Assembly (NCBI GenBank): GCA_965227515.1
Contig: CBDDFZ010000001.1
Location: forward strand, 1-64,000
Length of the DNA stretch: 64,000 bases
Origin: Alphaproteobacteria bacterium
Lineage (GTDB): Bacteria; Pseudomonadota; Alphaproteobacteria; CALKHQ01
Direction of reading: 5' to 3'
Shown here: piece after piece, positions 59,642 through 64,000 of the stretch
How the letters are laid out: each line of letters starts with the position of its first letter
Numbering within the stretch: position 1 is the stretch's first letter
Translations under genes and position numbers: made by a program
Notes under the pieces: model-generated
What the model was told of the DNA's origin: nothing
What the model saw: only the letters and a program-made list of their open reading frames with translations
The model's database searches: none

Positions 59642-61975
59642 CTAAGCAGCTGCTGGCGGGCACGCTATTGCCGGCGCGGCGGCGAGCCAGGCCATCAACG
59701 TGGCGCGCATGTGCTCGGCCGGTATGCGGGCAATGGCATCCCGGATCGCCGGGCCGAAACTCGCCAGCATCTGGCGCTCCGGGTCGGTCGCCACGACCTC
59801 GGCGCCGCCGAGCCGGACACGGGCCTTGGCAAACAAGAAGCGCTTGAGCAGGATCCTGGCCAGGCCCGTCCGCTCCAGCATCATCAAGACCTGAATGGCC
59901 AGCGGGAAGTGGAGGCTCAGGAACCGCGGGCACAGCCGCGATCCGCGCGCGAAGGCCAGGCAGATCAGACGTAGGAACCGCCGGGGGTCGGCGCCTTTCA
60001 GGCCGGCGGTCGCCATCATCATCACCTGTTCCATCGCCCACGGGTCGTCCGCGCCGAGCAACAGCATGCGGTCGAGCGCCAAGCCCAAGGCATCGACGTC
60101 GCCGCGCTGCTGCGCGATGCGCGCGCTGAGCCAGGCCAAATGAGCCTGAAGCTGTCGTTCGGGCGAAATGGCCGGAGGCGCAAACGTGTCCGGCCACCGT
60201 GCCGCCAGATCAGAGGCGATCAGGCGGTCGACGAAGCCAAAGTCGTTGAACTCATAGGCCGGCATCACCAGGATCGACCGCCGGTCGCGTTCAAGGAGCT
60301 GCCATTGCGCCTCGATCCGCGCGATGACCCGCGATGCCAGTGCGAGACGGTCGGTGTCGACCAGGAACTCGGCAATATGGACCCAGAGCTGCAGGGAGCG
60401 GGGGTTGCGGCGGCGTGCCCGGTTCAGGGTCGTCATCAGCGCGCATGCCGCCTTGCGCCGGCCAAGCACCTGGCGCCGCAGCAGATGCTCCTGCCGATCC
60501 CAGATCGCCAGGCTGGCCAGCGCCACAAGCCGCTCATCGTAGGGCACGTCGTCACCCTCGGCCAAGGGGGTCAACAATGCGCGCCTGAGGGCGGGCTGAT
60601 AGGCCTGAATGGGATTGTGCTTGGCGGCATAGACGCCGCGAACGGGCGGCGCGTCGTATCGCTGGGCACTTTCGTCTTCCTCGGCACCCATGAATGCGGG
60701 CCAGCTGACGCCGGACTTCGACATCTGCCCCAACAGCGTGACGTATCGCGCGAACTCACGCGCCGACCTGTCGGTGGTCGGCATCTGCGCGATCAGCCGG
60801 TCAAAGCCCGCCTGATCGGCCTCCACCCGGGCCAGGCAATCGGCATAGCGGTCGAGCGCCGCCTCGACATCCCTGCCGATACGATCCGGCGCGAAGTGAT
60901 GGAAGACCGGCAAATCGGTATCCAGCAGCAAGCCGATTGAGCTGTCGTCCTCGCAGATGACGCAGGCGCCATGGGCCAGTGCCTCCACCAGGCGCCGTGG
61001 CGTGCAGTTCGGCGACCGGGTCGAACTGAAGACCAGCTTGCTGCCGGCGAGCAGGTCGAAATAGTCGTGCCGGTCGAGCATCTTGCCGTAGATCTCGATC
61101 CGCCGGCCGGCCGGCATCTGCGCCAGGGCCGCGAGCCGCTGCCGCTTGTCCGGATAGAACGGCATGTCGATGCCGCCGGTGAACAGGACGTCGATGGGCC
61201 GCCGCGCCGCCCCATGGTCGGCAAGACCGCTCAGGGCGCCGAGGTCGGGCCAGGTATCGGTCAGCCCGAACCCCCGGCCCAGGCACGGGCGGCCGAAACG
61301 GAGCTGCGATTCCAGGTGCTCGCCCGAGGCAATCGCAACCAGCCAATCGATCCAGCCCACATCCTGGCCACGGGCTGCGTAGGTGTGCTCCAGATCGTAG
61401 AAGTGGCAGATCTTCGGCGCGTCGATCGCGGCAAGCTGCGGCGGCAGAATGGTGAGGTTGTCGATGTAGAGTGCGTCGACCGGGCCGACCGCGGCAACCA
61501 GTTCGGCCGGGTCGGTCGCCGGTGTGATCGGCACATCGACCAGATCGGGCCGGTGGCCGATGGTCACCAGGTCGGCCACGGCGGCGTTGCGCACGGCCTC
61601 GACAAAGCGCACCAGCTTCTCGGTGCCGGAGAAGAACGCAATGCGCGGGCGTGCGATGCCCATGGCCGACGCAAGCGCCCTCTTGGCCGCGCCATCCGGC
61701 ACCCCTGCCAGGCGCTCATCGGCAACCTGATCGTGGCCCAGCAGCCAATGGCCGACGGCAGAGATCAAGCGCGCGCGCGGCATGGGTGCCGCGACACGAT
61801 CCAGCGCCTCGGTGCCGGCCACCTGATTGCCCAACATCACGCGGCAGATGCCCGCGACCTCCGCGTCGCCGCCATTCATCCGCAGCGCCGTGGCAAAATC
61901 TCCGGCCACCATCGCGGCATCGGCGTCGCGATAGTGCGCCTGCAATTGGCTGGCGGTTATGCGCTGCTGATACAT
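59642..61975 (-). CDS. Large protein with GT-B/CgeB-like glycosyltransferase domain and helical flanks
   Basis: RPIDVLFTG, YFDLLAGSKLVF and RLVEALAHGA. Confidence 0.6.
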   Translation of the reverse strand: MYQQRITASQLQAHYRDADAAMVAGDFATALRMNGGDAEVAGICRVMLGNQVAGTEALDRVAAPMPRARLISAVGHWLLGHDQVADERLAGVPDGAAKRALASAMGIARPRIAFFSGTEKLVRFVEAVRNAAVADLVTIGHRPDLVDVPITPATDPAELVAAVGPVDALYIDNLTILPPQLAAIDAPKICHFYDLEHTYAARGQDVGWIDWLVAIASGEHLESQLRFGRPCLGRGFGLTDTWPDLGALSGLADHGAARRPIDVLFTGGIDMPFYPDKRQRLAALAQMPAGRRIEIYGKMLDRHDYFDLLAGSKLVFSSTRSPNCTPRRLVEALAHGACVICEDDSSIGLLLDTDLPVFHHFAPDRIGRDVEAALDRYADCLARVEADQAGFDRLIAQMPTTDRSAREFARYVTLLGQMSKSGVSWPAFMGAEEDESAQRYDAPPVRGVYAAKHNPIQAYQPALRRALLTPLAEGDDVPYDERLVALASLAIWDRQEHLLRRQVLGRRKAACALMTTLNRARRRNPRSLQLWVHIAEFLVDTDRLALASRVIARIEAQWQLLERDRRSILVMPAYEFNDFGFVDRLIASDLAARWPDTFAPPAISPERQLQAHLAWLSARIAQQRGDVDALGLALDRMLLLGADDPWAMEQVMMMATAGLKGADPRRFLRLICLAFARGSRLCPRFLSLHFPLAIQVLMMLERTGLARILLKRFLFAKARVRLGGAEVVATDPERQMLASFGPAIRDAIARIPAEHMRATLMAWLAAAPAIACPPAAA

Positions 61976-62023
61976 CTAAGCTGGTCCCTGGCGTGATTAG
62001 GGGCCAGTGATCGACCATTTATG

Positions 62024-62039
62024 GTTAGAGGCGCGTTAA
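62024..62039 (-). promoter_or_regulatory. CtrA-like box TTAA-N7-CTAAC
   Basis: One mismatch; about 50 bp upstream of the start at 61975. Confidence 0.5.
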
Positions 62040-62090
62040 GCTGCCCGCCAATCGGCAGGCAATGCGACCGGGAGGAGGGGGGCGGTGGGG

Positions 62091-62720
62091 TCAGAACGGG
62101 TAGCGCAAGCCCAACAGGATCTCGTGCGCGTCGTACTGCATCTCCAGCGTGCCGAACACCGGGTCGGTGGTGGCCAGATAGCGATAGCCGCCGAAGATCG
62201 CCACCGCATCCAGGTCGAAGGTCACGCCGGCGCCCACCTGATAGGCGAGCACGGTGTCGACCTCGCTGGCGGTGATGCCGAAGCCGGTGACTTCGCCATC
62301 TTGCATTGCCGTGCCAAGGCCCGCTGAAACATAGGGGTTCGCCACTTCGCCCGGCAGGATGTCGTAGTAGGCATTGAACAGGGCCACCGTGGTGCCCAGC
62401 GTGCCGGTGATCGCGACCGGGCCGACGCCATTGACCGACGCGGTCTCGATGTTGGCCTGGCGGTAGGAGACCTCGACCTCCGCCCTCACGTTCTCGGTGA
62501 ACCAGATGCCGAATGCGCCACCGCCACTGACCGGCAGGTCGAAGTCGACCGTGCCGCTGACACCGACGCCGCTATCGGTAAATGCCGATTCCGGCGTGAT
62601 CGACAGGCCGGTGAAGCCACTGACGTAAAGATCGCCAATGTCTTGCGCCATCACAGGCGTCGCGATGGCAATCATGGCCGCTGCAACAGCGATGCTTCTA
62701 ATGATCATGTCACGCCTCAT
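62091..62720 (-). CDS. Small outer-membrane beta-barrel protein (OmpA-like/Opa type)
   Basis: Signal peptide; RAEVEVSYR, NAYYD, PYVSAGLG, AYQVGAG and C-terminal GLRYPF. Confidence 0.88.
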   Translation of the reverse strand: MRRDMIIRSIAVAAAMIAIATPVMAQDIGDLYVSGFTGLSITPESAFTDSGVGVSGTVDFDLPVSGGGAFGIWFTENVRAEVEVSYRQANIETASVNGVGPVAITGTLGTTVALFNAYYDILPGEVANPYVSAGLGTAMQDGEVTGFGITASEVDTVLAYQVGAGVTFDLDAVAIFGGYRYLATTDPVFGTLEMQYDAHEILLGLRYPF

Positions 62721-62838
62721 GCACTTCGACAGAGAAAGTCAGACAGCGTAGACAATGCCTTGGACATCAAATAGATAGCGCGATCCTTGCGCATTGTCCA
62801 ATTGCCTGTTGCCGACACTTGTTGACTCATAATCGTTA

Positions 62839-63540
62839 TCAAGCCGCCGCGGTTGCGCGCGGGCGCGGCAGACGGTACTCGCGCCGGCGCTCGGTATCGC
62901 CGACCTGAAACGCGCTGCCGGGCCGCAGATAGGTATTCGACAGCGCATAGCGGCGGGCGTCCGACCGGTTCGGAAAGAACCCGCGCAATACGTGGCCGTG
63001 CAGGAAGATCACCGTGCCGCGCGGCACGGCCAAGTCCAGGCGCTCGAAGCCATCCGGCAAAGCAGCCCCAACCGGCACACCGTCGCGGGCGCCCTCCACG
63101 GGTGCTGCGTCCAGGTGCCCGGCCCGATGCGAGCCCGGGTAGAGGAACAAGCCGCCATTGCGCGGCGAGATGTCGACCAGGGCCAGCCAGGCCAATGCGA
63201 AACAGGCGGGCTCGGCCTCGAAATAGTGACCGTCCTGATGCGGGTGGAAACCGGTCGTGCCGGGCGGTGCGACGAAGAACCGGCTGTGCAGGCCGTTCGC
63301 CTGGCCACCGACCAGCCGGTCCACCACGCGCAGTATCGACGGATGTGCCATCGTCTGCTCGAACATGCCGCCACGCAGGTGCACGTTCATCTCGTCGTGC
63401 AGCTTGTTGCGGGCAAGGCTCGGCAGGCCCTGGGCCGCCTCCAGCACCGCGTTGCACCACGTCGCGGCCAGCAGCCCTTCGGCCACCGCGAAACCCTGGC
63501 GCTCATAGTCGGCGCGCAGCTTGTCGACACTATCGGACAC
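62839..63540 (-). CDS. Phytanoyl-CoA dioxygenase (PhyH) family protein
   Basis: YERQGF, HQDGHY, WLALVD and NGGLFLYPGSH; GTG start. Confidence 0.8.
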   Translation of the reverse strand: MSDSVDKLRADYERQGFAVAEGLLAATWCNAVLEAAQGLPSLARNKLHDEMNVHLRGGMFEQTMAHPSILRVVDRLVGGQANGLHSRFFVAPPGTTGFHPHQDGHYFEAEPACFALAWLALVDISPRNGGLFLYPGSHRAGHLDAAPVEGARDGVPVGAALPDGFERLDLAVPRGTVIFLHGHVLRGFFPNRSDARRYALSNTYLRPGSAFQVGDTERRREYRLPRPRATAAA

Positions 63541-63545
63541 AGGCC

Positions 63546-64000
63546 TCAGCCATAGGCCTTGTCGGTGAAGGCGTTGTAGCGCGCGTCGGCGGTCGCGGCA
63601 TGGCTGCGATACCAGGCCAGCGTCTCGGCGATGCCGTCCTTCAACGCAACCTGCGGCTCGATGCCGATGGAGCGCGCGCGTGATGTGTCCATCAGGCGCT
63701 TCGCATCGCCGGCGGGCTTGGTGGTGTCCCACACGATCTCGCAACCATCGTCCATCAGCCCGGCGACCGTCTCCGCGACCTCGCGGATCGACACGCCGGT
63801 GCCGCTGCCCAGATTGACCGGCCTGTTCTCGCCCAGCGCCACCACGCGGGCCATGCCGCGCGCCACGTCGCGGGCGTGGATGAAGTCGCGCACCGGGCTG
63901 CCGTCGCCCCACACCGTCAGCGGGCGCTCGCCGTCGACCGCGCGGCGGATCAGGCTCGGGATCACCATCGCGTTCTCGGGGTCGAAGTTGTCGTAAGACC
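63546..64000 (-). CDS. NAD-dependent epimerase/dehydratase, GDP-fucose-synthase-like (3' part only)
   Basis: YDNFDPENAMVIPSLI, VWGDGSPVRDFIHARDVA and NLGSG. Confidence 0.85.
   Translation of the reverse strand, partial: SYDNFDPENAMVIPSLIRRAVDGERPLTVWGDGSPVRDFIHARDVARGMARVVALGENRPVNLGSGTGVSIREVAETVAGLMDDGCEIVWDTTKPAGDAKRLMDTSRARSIGIEPQVALKDGIAETLAWYRSHAATADARYNAFTDKAYG

Noticed and set aside
62839-63912. 357-aa PhyH ORF with a long N-terminus
   Set aside because: The first 124 aa overlap the epimerase gene in another frame; the true start is likely GTG at 63540

Overview
High-GC bacterial chromosomal window. Gene content and CtrA-type boxes suggest an alphaproteobacterium (inference). No rRNA, tRNA, CRISPR array or intact transposase was seen. 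From left to right: (1) 3' end of an OmpR-type regulator; (2) two tandem paralogous LuxR-HTH regulators divergent from two small exported proteins that are unrelated except for an identical 18-aa C-terminal tail (GSNEGGVSNSGDAGGHNH). Each of these genes is preceded by the same palindrome followed 12 nt later by TTGAC. Next come a Tat-lipoprotein DUF1513-like beta-propeller and a Cys/Asp-rich secreted protein; (3) an N-methylglutamate dehydrogenase/sarcosine-oxidase-type four-subunit operon plus fhs; (4) Pat acetyltransferase, C-N hydrolase, and TetR with a GMC oxidoreductase and sugar ABC system; (5) a plcP-agt-like lipid-remodelling pair divergent from a Tat-type precursor with three Asp/Gly/Tyr repeats and a JmjC/cupin-4 oxygenase (RiPP-like); (6) mixed genes (degenerate EAL, NIT-domain chemoreceptor, recX, ABC-2 permeases, hybrid kinase, polyol dehydrogenase and a second sugar ABC); (7) a 12.5 kb glycan-tailoring cluster with glycosyltransferases, SAM methyltransferases, three Fe/2OG-type oxygenases and CtrA-like boxes. 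Several REP-like palindrome families and a 283-bp MITE are scattered through the window. The best candidates for an undescribed system are the shared-tail/DUF1513/LuxR locus (130-5394) and the repeat precursor plus JmjC pair (30065-31716). All family assignments come from motif recognition by eye; no searches were run.
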